NCBI GenBank assembly: GCA_043228905.1
Contig: JBHGNT010000010.1
Span: forward strand, 372,001-436,000
DNA length: 64,000 nt
Reading direction: 5' to 3'
Source: Azolla caroliniana
Lineage: Eukaryota > Plantae > Polypodiophyta
Position 1 is the first letter of the stretch; each line of letters opens with the position of its first letter. The notes under the pieces are model-generated. The model had not been told where the DNA came from. It did no database searches and saw nothing but the letters and a program-made list of their open reading frames with translations. The translations under genes and the position numbers were made by a program. This document shows, piece by piece, positions 25,701 to 40,849 of the stretch.

Positions 25701-28700
25701 TTGTTTTTTTAATTCTATATCATAGGTAGCGTTGTTAGCTTCGAATCGCATGTTTGAACACAAATATCCATTATCACACGAGCCAGGTATGAACATTTTA
25801 ATTTACTCACGGTCTCCTTTCAACTCCCTCCTCAAATTTGGTAATTTCTACATGGCTCTCGACCTGAGTTTCAAAATCTTGATTTTTTAATTCTATATCA
25901 TAGGTAGCGTTGTTAGCTTCGAATCGCATGTTTGAACACAGCAATTCGGGATCACACGAGCAAGGTATGAACATTTTAATTTACTCACGCGCTCTTCTCA
26001 ACTCCTTCTTCTAACTTGCTAATGTCTTCATGTCTCTCGACCTGAGTTTCAAAATTTTGATTTTTTAATTCCATATCATAGGTAGCGTTATTAGCTTCGA
26101 TTCGCATGTTTGAACACAAAAATCCGATATCACATGGGCCAGGTATGAACATTTTAATTTACTCACGGGCTCTTCTCAACTCCCTCCTCAAATTTGGTAA
26201 TTTCTTCATGTCTCTCGACCTGAGTTTCAAAATCTTGATTTTTTAATTCTATATCATAGATAGCGTTGTTAGCTTCGAATCGCATGTCTGAACACAAAAA
26301 TCCAGGCTCACACGAGCCAGGTATGAACATTTTAATTTACTCACGGGCTCTTCTCAACTCCCTCTTCTAACTTGCCAATTTCTTCATGTCTCTCGACCTG
26401 AGTTTCAAAATCTTGATTTTTTAATTCCATATCATAGATAGCGTTGTTAGCTTCGAATCGCATGTTTGAACACAAAAATCCGATATCACATGGGCCAGGT
26501 ATGAACATTTCAATTTACTCACGGGCTCTTCTCAACTCCCTCTTCTAACTTGCCAATTTCTTCATGTCTCTCGACCTGAGTTTCAAAATCTTGATTTTTT
26601 AATTCCATATCATAGGTAGTGTTGTTAGCTTCGATTCGCATCTTTGAACACAAAATCCTGGTATCACACGAGCCAGGTATGAAAATTTTAATTTACTCAC
26701 GCGCTCTTCTCCACTCCCTCGTCAAATTTGGTAATTTCTTCATGTCTCTCGACCTGAGTTTCAAAATCTTGATTTTTTAATTCTATATCATAGCTAGTGT
26801 TGTTAGCTTCGATTCGCATCTTTGAACACAAAAATCTGGTATCACACGAGCCAGGTATGAAAATTTTATTTAGTCACGGGCTCTTCTCAACTCCCTCCTA
26901 AAATTTGGTAATTTCTTCATGTCTCTCGCCCTGAGTTTCAAAATCTTGATTTTTTAATTCCATATCTTAGGTAGCATTGTTAGCTTCGAATCGCAAGTTT
27001 GAACACAAAAATCCGAGATCACACGAGCCAGGTATGAACATTTTAATTTACTCACGGGCTCTTCTCAACTCCCTCTTCTAACTTGCCACTTTCTTCATGT
27101 CTCTCGACCTGAGTTTCAAAATCTTGATTTTTTAATTCCATATCATAGATAGCGTTGTTAGCTTCGAATCGCATGTTTGAACACAAAAATCCGATATCAC
27201 ATGGGCCAGGTATGAACATTTTAATTTACTCACGGGCTCTTCTCAACTCCCTCTTCTAACTTGCCAATTTTTTCATGTCTCTCGACCTGAGTTTCAAAAT
27301 CTTGATTTTTTAATTCCATATCATAGGTAGTGTTGTTAGCTTCGATTCGCATCTTTGAACACAAAAATCTGGTATCACACGAGCCAGGTATGAAAATTTT
27401 AATTTACTCACGCGCTCTTCTCAACTCCCTCGTCAAATTTGGTAACTTCTTCATGTCTCTCGACCTGAGTTTCAAAATCTTGATTTTTTAATTCTATATC
27501 ATAGCTAGTGTTGTTAGCTTCGATTCGCATCTTTGAACACAAAAATATGGTATCACACAAGCCAGGTATGAAAACTTTTAATTAGTCACGGGCTCTTCTC
27601 AACTCCCTCCTAAAATTTGGTAATTTCTTCATGTCTCTCGGCCTGAGTTTCAAAATCTTGATTTTTTAATTCCATATCATAGGTAGCGTTGTTAGCTTCG
27701 AATCGCAAGTTTGAAAACAAAAATCCGAGATCACACGAGCCAGGTATGAACATTTTAATTTACTCACGGGCTCTTCTCAACTCCCTCTTCTAACTTGCCA
27801 CTTTCTTCATGTCTCTCGACCTGAGTTTCAAAATCTTGATTTTTTAATTCCATATCATAGGTAGCGTTATTAGCTTCGAATCGCATGTTTGAACACAGAA
27901 ATCCGGGATCACACAAGCCAGGTATGAACATTTTAATTTACTCACGGGCTCTTCTCAACTCCCTCTTCTAACTTGCCAATTTCTTCATGTCTCTCGTCCT
28001 GAGTTTCAAAATCTTGATTTTTTAATACCATATCATAGATAGCGTTGTTAGCGTCGATTCGCATCTTTGAACACAAAAATCCGGGATCACACGAGCCAGG
28101 TATGAACATTTTAATTTACTCACGCGCTCTTCTCAACTCCCTCCTCAAATTTGGTAATTTCTTCATGTCTCTCGACCTGAGTTTCAAAATCTTGATTTTT
28201 TAATTCTATATCATAGGTAGCGTTGTTAGCTTCGAATCGCAGGTTTGAAAACAAAAATCCGGGATCACACGAGCCAGGTATGAACATTTTAATTTACTCA
28301 CGGGCTCCTCTCAACTCCCTCCTCAAATTTGGTAATTTCTTCATGTCTCTCGACCTGAGTTTCCAAATCTTGATTTTTTAATTCCATATCTTAGGTAGCA
28401 CTGTTAGCTTCGAATCGCATGTTTGAACACAAAAATCCGGGATCACACGAGCCAGGTATGAACATTTTAATTTACTCACGGGCTCCTCTCAACTCCCTCC
28501 TCAAATTTGGTAATTTCTTCATGTCTCTCGACCTGAGTTTCAAAATGTTGATTTTTTAATTCCATATCATAGGTAGCGTTGTTAGCTTCGATTCGCATGT
28601 TTGAACACAGAAATCCGGGATCACACGAGCGAGGTATGAACATTTTAATTTACTCACGGGCTCTTCTCAACTCCTTCTTCTAACTTGCCAATTTCTTCAT

Positions 28701-30500
28701 GTCTCTCGACCTGAGTTTCAAAATCTTGATTTTTTAATTCCATATCTTAGGTAGCGTTGTGAGCTTCGAATCGCCAGTTTGAACACAGAAATCCGAGATC
28801 ACACGAGCCAGGTATGAACATTTTAATTTAATCACGGGCTCTTCTCAACTCCCTCTTCTAACTCGCCAATTTCTTCATGTCTCTCGACCTGAGTTTCAAA
28901 ATCTTGATTTTTTAATTCCATATCATAGGTAGCGTTGTTAGCTTCGAATCGCATGTTTGAACACAAAAATCCGATATCACATGGGCCAGCTATCAACATT
29001 TTAATTTACTCACGGGCTCTTCTCAACTCCCTCCTCAAATTTGGTAATTTCTTCATGTCTCTCGACCTGAGTTTGAAAATCTTGATTTTTTAATTCCATA
29101 TCATAGGTAGCGTTGTTAGCTTCGTTTCGCATGTTTGAACACAGAAATCCGGGATCACACGAGGCAGGTATGAACATTTTAATTTATTCACGCGCTCTTC
29201 TCAACTCCCTCGTCAAATTTGGTAATTTCCTCATGTCTCTCGACCTGAGTTTCAAAATGTTGATTTTTTAATTCCATATCATAGGTAGCGTTGTTAGCTT
29301 CGATTCGGATCTTTGAACACAAAAATCCGGGATCACACGAGCCAGGTATGAACATTTTAATTTACTCACGCGCTCTTCTCAACTCCCTCCTCAAATTTGG
29401 TAATTTCTTCATGTCTCTCGACCTAAGTTTCAAAATATTGATTTTTTAATTCCATATCATAGCTAGTGTTGTTAGATTCGATTCAAATGTTTGAACACAA
29501 AAATCCGATATCACGTGGGCCAGCTATCAACATTTTAATTTACTCACGGGCTCTTCTCAACTCCCTCCTCAAATTTGGTAATTTCTTCATGTCTCTCGAC
29601 CTGAGTTTGAAAATCTTGATTTTTTAATTCCATATCATAGGTAGCGTTGTTAGCTTCGTTTCGCATGTTTGAACACAGAAATCCGGGATCACACGAGCCA
29701 GGTATGAACATTTTAATTTATTCACGCGCTCTTCTCAACTCCCTCGTCAAATTTGGTGATTTCCTCATGTCTCTCGACCTGAGTTTCAAAATGTTGATTT
29801 TTTAATTCCATATCATAGGTAGCGTTGTTAGCTTCGATTCGGATCTTTGAACACAGAAATCCGGGATCACACGAGCGAGGTATGAACATTTTAATTTACT
29901 CACGGGCTCTTCTCAACTCCTTCTTCTAACTTGCCAATTTCTTCATGTCTCTCGACCTGATTTTCAAAATCTTGATTTTTTAATTCCATATCTTAGGTAG
30001 CGTTGTGGGCTTCGAATCGCCAGTTTGAACACAAAAATCCGAGATCACACGAGCCAGGTATGAACATTTTAATTTACTCACGGGCTCTTCTCAACTCCCT
30101 CTTCTAACTCGCCAATTTCTTCATGTCTCTCGACCTGAGTTTCAAAATGTTGATTTTTTAATTCTATATCATAGGTAGCGTTGTTAGCTTCGAATCGCAT
30201 GTTTGAACACAAAAATCCGATATCACATGGGCCAGCTATCAACATTTTAATTTACTCACGGGCTCTTCTCAACTCCCTCCTCAAATTTGGTAATTTCTTC
30301 ATGTCTCTCGACCTGAGTTTCAAAATATTGATTTTTTAATTCCATATCATAGCTAGTGTTGTTAGCTTCGATTCGCATGTTTGAACACAAAAATCCGGGA
30401 TCACACGAGCCAGGTATGAACATTTTAATTTACTCACGGGCTCTTCTCAACTCCCTCCTCAAATTTGATAATTTCTTCATGTCTCTCGACTTGAGTTTCA
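15900..30500 (+). repeat. Long-range duplication: about 15.9-21.0 kb is repeated at about 25.5-30.5 kb
   Basis: Shared rare SNPs: ccaggctcac (16690/26302), ggtaacttc (17829/27441), taatacca (18411/28023), tggtgatttcc (about 20320/29754). The offset is 9612, changing to about 9434 after local monomer gain and loss. Confidence 0.82.
21610..26245 (+). repeat. Tandem higher-order duplication, 13 monomers (2315 bp) x2
   Basis: The +1 variant gatttggcatc is at 22539/24854, atccattatc at 23451/25766, and agtcaccggc and aatttcgtcatg occur in both copies. Offset 2315 = 13x178+1. Confidence 0.88.
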
Positions 30501-33500
30501 AAATCTTGATTTTTTAATTTCATATCTTAGGTAGCGTTGTTAGCTTCGAATTGCAAGTTTGAACACAAAAATCCGAGATCACACGAGCCAGGTATGAACA
30601 TTTTAAATTATTCACGCGCTCTTCTCAACTCCTTCTTGTAACTTGCTAATTTCTTCATGTCTCTCGACCTGAGTTTCAAAATCTTGATTTTTTAAATCCA
30701 TATCATAGGTAGTGTTCTTAGCTTCGAATCGCATGTTTGAACACAAAAATCCGATATCACATGGGCCAGGTATGAACATTTTAATTTACTCACGGGCTCT
30801 TCTCAACTCCCTCTTCTAACTTGCCAATTTCTTCATGTCTCTCGACCTGAGTTTCAAAATCTTGATTTTTTAATTCCATATCATAGATAGCGTTGTTAGC
30901 TTCGAATCGCATGTTTGAACACAAAAATCCGAGATCACACGAGCCAGGTATGAACATTTTAAATTATTCACGCGCTCTTCTCAACTCTTTCTTGTAACTT
31001 GCTAATTTCTTCATGTCTCTCGACCTGAGTTTCAAAATCTTGATTTTTTAAATCCATATCATAGGTAGTGTTCTAAGCTTCGAATCGCATGTTTGAACAC
31101 AAAAATCCGATATGACATGGGCCAGGTATGAACATTTTAATTTACTCACGGGCTCTTCTCAACTCCCTCTTCTAACTTGCCAATTTCGTCATGTCTCTCG
31201 ACCTGAGTTTCAAAATCTTGATTTTTTAATTCCATATCATAGATAGCGTTGTTAGCTTCGAATCGCATGTTTGAACACAAAAATCCGATATCACATGGGC
31301 CAGGTATGAACATTTTAATTTACTCACAGGCTCTTCTCAACTCCCTCTTCTAACTTGCCAATTTCTTCATGTCTCTAGAACTGAGTTTCAAAATCTTGAT
31401 TTTTTTATTCTATATCATAGCTAGTGTTGTTAGCTTCGATTTGGCATCTTTGAACACAAAAATCCGGGATCACACGAGCCAGGTATGAACATTTTAATTT
31501 ACTCACGCGCTCTTCTCAACTCCCTCTTCTAACTTGCCAATTTCTTCATGTCTCTCGACCTGAGTTTCAAAATCTCGATTTTTTAACTCCATATTATATG
31601 TAGCGTTGTTAGCTTCGATTCGCATATTTGAACACTATAATCCGAGATCACATGGGCCAGGTATGAACATTTTAATTTACTCACGGGCTCTTCTCAACTC
31701 CCTCCTCAAATTTGGTAATTTGTTCATGTCTCTCGACCTGAGTTTCAAAATCTTGATTTTTTAATTCCATATCTGAGGTAGCGTTGTTAGCTTCGAATCA
31801 CAAGTTTGAACACAAAAATCCGAGATCACACAAGCCAGGTATGAACATTTTAAATTAGTCACGGGCTCTTCTCAACTTCTTCTTCTAACTTGCCAATTTC
31901 TTCATGTCTCTCGACCTGAGTTTCAAAATTTCGATTTTTTAATTCCATATTATATGTAGCGTTTTTAGCTTCGATTCGCATATTTGAACACTATAATCCG
32001 AGATCACATGGGCCAGGTATGAACATTTTAATTTACTCACGGGCTCTTCTCAACTCCCTCCTCAAATTTGGTAATTTCTTCATGTCTCTCGACCTGAGTT
32101 TGAAAATCTTGATTTTTTAATTCCATATCATAGGTAGCGTTGTTAGCTTCGTTTCGCATGTTTGAACACAGAAATCCGGGATCACACGAGCCAGGTATGA
32201 ACATTTTAATTTATTCACGCGCTCTTCTCAACTCCCTCGTCAAATTTGGTAATTTCCTCATGTCTCTCGACTTGAGTTTCAAAATGTTGATTTTTTAATT
32301 CCATATCATAGGTAGCGTTGTTAGCTTCGATTCGGATCTTTGAACACAGAAATCCGGGATCACACGAGCGAGGTATGAACATTTTAATTTACTCACGGGC
32401 TCTTCTCAACTCCTTCTTCTAACTTGCCAATTTCTTCATGTCTCTCGACCTGATTTTCAAAATCTTGATTTTTTAATTCCATATCTTAGGTAGCGTTGTG
32501 GGCTTCGAATCGCCAGTTTGAACACAAAAATCCGAGATCACACGAGCCAGGTATGAACATTTTAATTTACTCACGGGCTCTTCTCAACTCCCTCTTCTAA
32601 CTCGCCAATTTCTTCATGTCTCTCGACCTGAGTTTCAAAATGTTGATTTTTTAATTCTATATCATAGGTAGCGTTGTTAGCTTCGAATCGCATGTTTGAA
32701 CACAAAAATCCGATATCACATGGGCCAGCTATCAACATTTTAATTTACTCACGGGCTCTTCTCAACTCCCTCCTCAAATTTGGTAATTTCTTCATGTCTC
32801 TCGACCTGAGTTTCAAAATATTGATTTTTTAATTCCATATCATAGCTAGTGTTGTTAGCTTCGATTCGCATGTTTGAACACAAAAATTCGGGATCACACG
32901 AGCCAGGTATGAACATTTTAATTTACTCACGGGCTCTTCTCAACTCCCTCCTCAAATTTGATAATTTCTTCATGTCTCTCGACTTGAGTTTCAAAATCTT
33001 GATTTTTTAATTTCATATCTTAGGTAGCGTTGTTAGCTTCGAATCGCAAGTTTGAACACAAAAATCCGAGATCACACGAGCCAGGTATGAACATTTTAAA
33101 TTATTCACGCGCTCTTCTCAACTCCTTCTTGTAACTTGCTAATTTCTTCATGTCTCTCGACCTGAGTTTCAAAATCTTGATTTTTTAAATCCATATCATA
33201 GGTAGTGTTCTTAGCCTCGAATCGCATGTTTGAACACAAAAATCCGATATCACATGGGCCAGGTATGAACATTTTAATTTACTCACGGGCTCTTCTCAAC
33301 TCCCTCTTCTAACTTGCCAATTTCTTCATGTCTCTCGACCTGAGTTTCAAAATCTTGATTTTTTAATTCCATATCATAGATAGCGTTGTTAGCTTCGAAT
33401 CGCATGTTTGAACACAAAAATCCGAGATCACACGAGCCAGGTATGAACATTTTAAATTATTCACGCGCTCTTCTCAACTCCTTCTTGTAACTTGCTAATT

Positions 33501-36500
33501 TCTTCATGTCTCTCGACCTGAGTTTCAAAATCTTGATTTTTTAAATCCATATCATAGGTAGTGTTCTTAGCTTCGAATCGCATGTTTGAACACAAAAATC
33601 CGATATCACATGGGCCAGGTATGAACATTTTAATTTACTCACGGGCTCTTCTCAACTCCCTCTTCTAACTTGCCAATTTCGTCATGTCTCTCGACCTGAG
33701 TTTCAAAATCTTGATTTTTTAAATCCATATCATAGGTAGTGTTCTTAGCTTCGAATCGCATGTTTGAACACAAAAATCCGATATCACATGGGCCAGGTAT
33801 GAACATTTTAATTTACTCACGGGCTCTTCTCAACTCCCTCTTCTAACTTGCCAATTTCTTCATGTCTCTCGACCTGAGTTTCAAAATCTTGATTTTTTAA
33901 TTCGATATCATAGATAGCGTTGTTAGCTTCGAATCGCATGTTTGAACACAAAAATCCGATATCACATGGGCCAGGTATGAACATTTTAATTTACTCACAG
34001 GCTCTTCTCAACTCCCTCTTCTAACTTGCCAATTTCTTCATGTCTCTAGAACTGAGTTTCAAAATCTTGATTTTTTTATTCTATATCATAGCTAGTGTTG
34101 TTAGCTTCGATTTGGCATCTTTGAACACAAAAATCCGGGATCACACGAGCCAGGTATGAACATTTTAATTTACTCACGCGCTCTTCTCAACTCCCTCTTC
34201 TAACTTGCCAATTTCTTCATGTCTCTCGACCTGAGTTTCAAAATCTCGATTTTTTAACTCCATATTATATGTAGCGTTGTTAGCTTCGATTCGCATATTT
34301 GAACACTATAATCCGAGATCACATGGGCCAGGTATGAACATTTTAATTTACTCACGGGCTCTTCTCAACTCCCTCCTCAAATTTGGTAATTTGTTCATGT
34401 CTCTCGACCTGAGTTTCAAAATCTTGATTTTTTAATTCCATATCTGAGGTAGCGTTGTTAGCTTCGAATCACAAGTTTGAACACAAAAATCCGAGATCAC
34501 ACAACCAGGTATGAACATTTTAAATTAGTCACCGGCTCTTCTCAACTTCTTCTTCTAACTTGCCAATTTCTTCATGTCTCTCGACCTGAGTTTCAAAATC
34601 TCGATTTTTTAATTCCATATTATATGTAGCGTTTTTAGCTTCGATTCGCATATTTGAACACTATAATCCGAGATCACATGGGCCAGGTATGAACATTTTA
34701 ATTTACTCACGGGCTCTTCTCAACTCCCTCCTCAAATTTGGTAATTTTTTCATGTCTCTCGCCCTGAGTTTCAAAATCTTGATTTTTTAATTCCATATCT
34801 TAGGTAGCGTTGTTAGCTTCGAATCGCATGTTTGAACACAAAAATCCGATATCACATGGGCCAGCTATCAACATTTTAATTTACTCACGGGCTCTTCTCA
34901 ACTCCCTCTTCAAATTTGGTAATTTCTTCATGTCTCTCGACCTGAGTTTGAAAATCTTGATTTTTTAATTCCATATCATAGGTAGCGTTGTTAGCTTCGT
35001 TTCGCATGTTTGAACACAGAAATCCGGGATCACACGAGGCAGGTATGAACATTTTAATTTATTTACGCGCTCTTCTCAACTCCCTCGTCAAATTTGGTAA
35101 TTTCCTCATGTCTCTCGACCTGAGTTTCAAAATCTTGATTTTTTAATTCCATATCATAGGTAGCGTTGTTAGCTTCGATTCGGATCTTTGAACACAAAAA
35201 TCCGGGATCACACGAGCCAGGTATGAACATTTTAATTTACTCACGCGCTCTTCTCAACTCCCTCCTCAAATTTGGTAATTTCTTCATGTCTCTCGACCTG
35301 AGTTTCAAAATATTGATTTTTTAATTCCATATCATAGCTAGTGTTGTTAGCTTCGATTCAAATGTTTGAACACAAAAATCCGATATCACGTGGGCCAGCT
35401 ATCAACATTTTAATTTACTCACGGGCTCTTCTCAACTCCCTCCTCAAATTTGGTAATTTCTTCATGTCTCTCGACCTGAGTTTGAAAATCTTGATTTTTT
35501 AATTCCATATCATAGGTAGCGTTGTTAGCTTCGTTTCGCATGTTTGAACACAGAAATCCGGGATCACACGAGCCAGGTATGAACATTTTAATTTACTCAC
35601 GCGCTCTTCTCAACTCCCTCTTCTAACTTGCCAATTTCTTCATGTCTCTCGACCTGAGTTTCAAAATCTCGATTTTTTAACTCCATATTATATGTAGCGT
35701 TGTTAGCTTCGATTCGCATATTTGAACACTATAATCCGAGATCACATGGGCCAGGTATGAACATTTTAATTTACTCACGGGCTCTTCTCAACTCCCTCCT
35801 CAAATTTGGTAATTTGTTCATGTCTCTCGACCTGAGTTTCAAAATCTTGATTTTTTAATTCCATATCTGAGGTAGCGTTGTTAGCTTCGAATCACAAGTT
35901 TGAACACAAAAATCCGAGATCACACAAGCCAGGTATGAACATTTTAAATTAGTCACGGGCTCTTCTCAACTTCTTCTTCTAACTTGCCAATTTCTTCATG
36001 TCTCTCGACCTGAGTTTCAAAATTTCGATTTTTTAATTCCATATTATATGTAGCGTTTTTAGCTTCGATTCGCATATTTGAACACTATAATCCGAGATCA
36101 CATGGGCCAGGTATGAACATTTTAATTTACTCACGGGCTCTTCTCAACTCCCTCCTCAAATTTGGTAATTTTTTCATGTCTCTCGCCCTGAGTTTCAAAA
36201 TCTTGATTTTTTAATTCCATATCTTAGGTAGCGTTGTTAGCTTCGAATCGCAAGTTTGAACACAAAAATCCGAGATCACACGAGCCAGGTATGAACATTT
36301 TAAATTATTCACGCGCTCTTCTCAACTCCTTCTTGTAACTTGCTAATTTCTTCATGTCTCTCGACCTGAGTTTCAAAATCTTGATTTTTTAAATCCATAT
36401 CATAGGTAGTGTTCTTAGCTTCGAATCGCATGTTTGAACACAAAAATCCGATATCACATGGGCCAGGTATGAACATTTTAATTTACTCACGGGCTCTTCT

Positions 36501-39500
36501 CAACTCCCTCTTCTAACTTGCCAATTTCTTCATGTCTCTCGACCTGAGTTTCAAAATCTTGATTTTTTAATTCCATATCATAGATAGCGTTGTTAGCTTC
36601 GAATCGCATGTTTGAACACAAAAATCCGAGATCACACGAGCCAGGTATGAACATTTTAATTTACTCACGGGCTCCTCTCAACTCCCTCCTCAAATTTGGT
36701 AATTTCTTCATGTCTCTCGACCTGAGTTTCAAAATGTTGATTTTTTAATTCCATATCATAGGTAGCGTTGTTAGCTTCGATTCGCATGTTTGAACACAGA
36801 AATCCGGGATCACACGAGCGAGGTATGAACATTTTAATTTACTCACGGGCTCTTCTCAACTCCTTCTTCTAACTTGCCAATTTCTTCATGTCTCTCGACC
36901 TGAGTTTCAAAATCTTGATTTTTTAATTCCATATCTTAGGTAGCGTTGTGAGCTTCGAATCGCCAGTTTGAACACAGAAATCCGAGATCACACGAGCCAG
37001 GTATGAACATTTTAATTTAATCACGGGCTCTTCTCAACTCCCTCTTCTAACTCGCCAATTTCTTCATGTCTCTCGACCTGAGTTTCAAAATCTTGATTTT
37101 TTAATTCCATATCATAGGTAGCGTTGCTAGCTTCGAATCGCATGTTTGAACACAAAAATCCGATATCACATGGGCCAGCTATCAACATTTTAATTTACTC
37201 ACGGGCTCTTCTCAACTCCCTCCTCAAATTTGGTAATTTCTTCATGTCTCTCGACCTGAGTTTGAAAATCTTGATTTTTTAATTCCATATCATAGGTAGC
37301 GTTGTTAGCTTCGTTTCGCATGTTTGAACACAGAAATCCGGGATCACACGAGGCAGGTATGAACATTTTAATTTATTCACGCGCTCTTCTCAACTCCCTC
37401 GTCAAATTTGGTAATTTCCTCATGTCTCTCGACCTGAGTTTCAAAATGTTGATTTTTTAATTCCATATCATAGGTAGCGTTGTTAGCTTCGATTCGGATC
37501 TTTGAACACAAAAATCCGGGATCACACGAGCCAGGTATGAACATTTTAATTTACTCACGCGCTCTTCTCAACTCCCTCCTCAAATTTGGTAATTTCTTCA
37601 TGTCTCTCGACCTGAGTTTCAAAATATTGATTTTTTAATTCCATATCATAGCTAGTGTTGTTAGATTCGATTCAAATGTTTGAACACAAAAATCCGATAT
37701 CACGTGGGCCAGCTATCAACATTTTAATTTACTCACGGGCTCTTCTCAACTCCCTCCTCAAATTTGGTAATTTCTTCATGTCTCTCGACCTGAGTTTGAA
37801 AATCTTGATTTTTTAATTCCATATCATAGGTAGCGTTGTTAGCTTCGTTTCGCATGTTTGAACACAGAAATCCGGGATCACACGAGCCAGGTATGAACAT
37901 TTTAATTTATTCACGCGCTCTTCTCAACTCCCTCGTCAAATTTGGTAATTTCCTCATGTCTCTCGACTTGAGTTTCAAAATGTTGATTTTTTAATTCCAT
38001 ATCATAGGTAGCGTTGTTAGCTTCGATTCGGATCTTTGAACACAGAAATCCGGGATCACACGAGCGAGGTATGAACATTTTAATTTACTCACGGGCTCTT
38101 CTCAACTCCTTCTTCTAACTTGCCAATTTCTTCATGTCTCTCGACCTGATTTTCAAAATCTTGATTTTTTAATTCCATATCTTAGGTAGCGTTGTGGGCT
38201 TCGAATCGCCAGTTTGAACACAAAAATCCGAGATCACACGAGCCAGGTATGAACATTTTAATTTACTCACGGGCTCTTCTCAACTCCCTCTTCTAACTCG
38301 CCAATTTCTTCATGTCTCTCGACCTGAGTTTCAAAATGTTGATTTTTTAATTCTATATCATAGGTAGCGTTGTTAGCTTCGAATCGCATGTTTGAACACA
38401 AAAATCCGATATCACATGGGCCAGCTATCAACATTTTAATTTACTCACGGGCTCTTCTCAACTCCCTCCTCAAATTTGGTAATTTCTTCATGTCTCTCGA
38501 CCTGAGTTTCAAAATATTGATTTTTTAATTCCATATCATAGCTAGTGTTGTTAGCTTCGATTCGCATGTTTGAACACAAAAATTCGGGATCACACGAGCC
38601 AGGTATGAACATTTTAATTTACTCACGGGCTCTTCTCAACTCCCTCCTCAAATTTGATAATTTCTTCATGTCTCTCGACTTGAGTTTCAAAATCTTGATT
38701 TTTTAATTTCATATCTTAGGTAGCGTTGTTAGCTTCGAATCGCAAGTTTGAACACAAAAATCCGAGATCACACGAGCCAGGTATGAACATTTTAAATTAT
38801 TCACGCGCTCTTCTCAACTCCTTCTTGTAACTTGCTAATTTCTTCATGTCTCTCGACCTGAGTTTCAAAATCTTGATTTTTTAAATCCATATCATAGGTA
38901 GTGTTCTTAGCCTCGAATCGCATGTTTGAACACAAAAATCCGATATCACATGGGCCAGGTATGAACATTTTAATTTACTCACGGGCTCTTCTCAACTCCC
39001 TCTTCTAACTTGCCAATTTCTTCATGTCTCTCGACCTGAGTTTCAAAATCTTGATTTTTTAATTCCATATCATAGGTAGCGTTGTTAGCTTCGAATCGCA
39101 TGTTTGAACACAAAAATCCGATATCACATGGGCCAGCTATCAACATTTTAATTTACTCACGGGCTCTTCTCAACTCCCTCTTCAAATTTGGTAATTTCTT
39201 CATGTCTCTCGACCTGAGTTTGAAAATCTTGATTTTTTAATTCCATATCATAGGTAGCGTTGTTAGCTTCGTTTCGCATGTTTGAACACAGAAATCCGGG
39301 ATCACACGAGGCAGGTATGAACATTTTAATTTATTCACGCGCTCTTCTCAACTCCCTCGTCAAATTTGGTAATTTCCTCATGTCTCTCGACCTGAGTTTG
39401 AAAATCTTGATTTTTTAATTCCATATCATAGGTAGCGTTGTTAGCTTCGTTTCGCATGTTTGAACACAGAAATCCGGGATCACACGAGGCAGGTATGAAC

Positions 39501-40849
39501 ATTTTAATTTATTCACGCGCTCTTCTCAACTCCCTCGTCAAATTTGGTAATTTCCTCATGTCTCTCGACCTGAGTTTCAAAATCTTGATTTTTTAATTCC
39601 ATATCATAGGTAGCGTTGTTAGCTTCGATTCGGATCTTTGAACACAAAAATCCGGGATCACACGAGCCAGGTATGAACATTTTAATTTACTCACGCGCTC
39701 TTCTCAACTCCCTCCTCAAATTTGGTAATTTCTTCATGTCTCTCGACCTGAGTTTCAAAATATTGATTTTTTAATTCCATATCATAGCTAGTGTTGTTAG
39801 ATTCGATTCAAATGTTTGAACACAAAAATCCGATATCACGTGGGCCAGCTATCAACATTTTAATTTACTCACGGGCTCTTCTCAACTCCCTCCTCAAATT
39901 TGGTAATTTCTTCATGTCTCTCGACCTAAGTTTGAAAATCTTGATTTTTTAATTCCATATCATAGGTAGCGTTGTTAGCTTCGTTTCGCATGTTTGAACA
40001 CAGAAATCCGGGATCACACGAGCCAGGTATGAACATTTTAATTTACTCACGCGCTCTTCTCAACTCCCTCTTCTAACTTGCCAATTTCTTCATGTCTCTC
40101 GACCTGAGTTTCAAAATCTCGATTTTTTAACTCCATATTATATGTAGCGTTGTTAGCTTCGATTCGCATATTTGAACACTATAATCCGAGATCACATGGG
40201 CCAGGTATGAACATTTTAATTTACTCACGGGCTCTTCTCAACTCCCTCCTCAAATTTGGTAATTTGTTCATGTCTCTCGACCTGAGTTTCAAAATCTTGA
40301 TTTTTTTATTCCATATCTGAGGTAGCGTTGTTAGCTTCGAATCACAAGTTTGAACACAAAAATCCGGGATCACACCAGCCAGGTATGAACATTTTAAATT
40401 ACTCACGGGCTCTTCTCAACTTCTTCTTCTAACTTGCCAATTTCTTCATGTCTCTCGACCTGAGTTTCAAAATCTCGATTTTTTAATTCCATATTATATG
40501 TAGCGTTTTTAGCTTCGATTCGCATATTTGAACACTATAATCCGAGATCACATGGGCCAGGTATGAACATTTTAATTTACTCACGGGCTCTTCTCAACTC
40601 CCTCCTCAAATTTGGTAATTTGTTCATGTCTCTCGACCTGAGTTTCAAAATCTTGATTTTTTAATTCCATATCTGAGGTAGCGTTGTTAGCTTCGAATCG
40701 CAAGTTTGAACACAAAAATCCGAGATCACACAAGCCAGGTATGAACATTTTAAATTAGTCACGGGCTCTTCTCAACTTCTTCTTCTAACTTGCCAATTTC
40801 TTCATGTCTCTCGACCTGAGTTTCAAAATCTTGATTTTTTAATTCCATA

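Noticed and set aside
40221-40406. 61-aa ORF (-)
   Set aside because: It spans one monomer in which point variants remove stops that are present in the other copies. This is a chance ORF.
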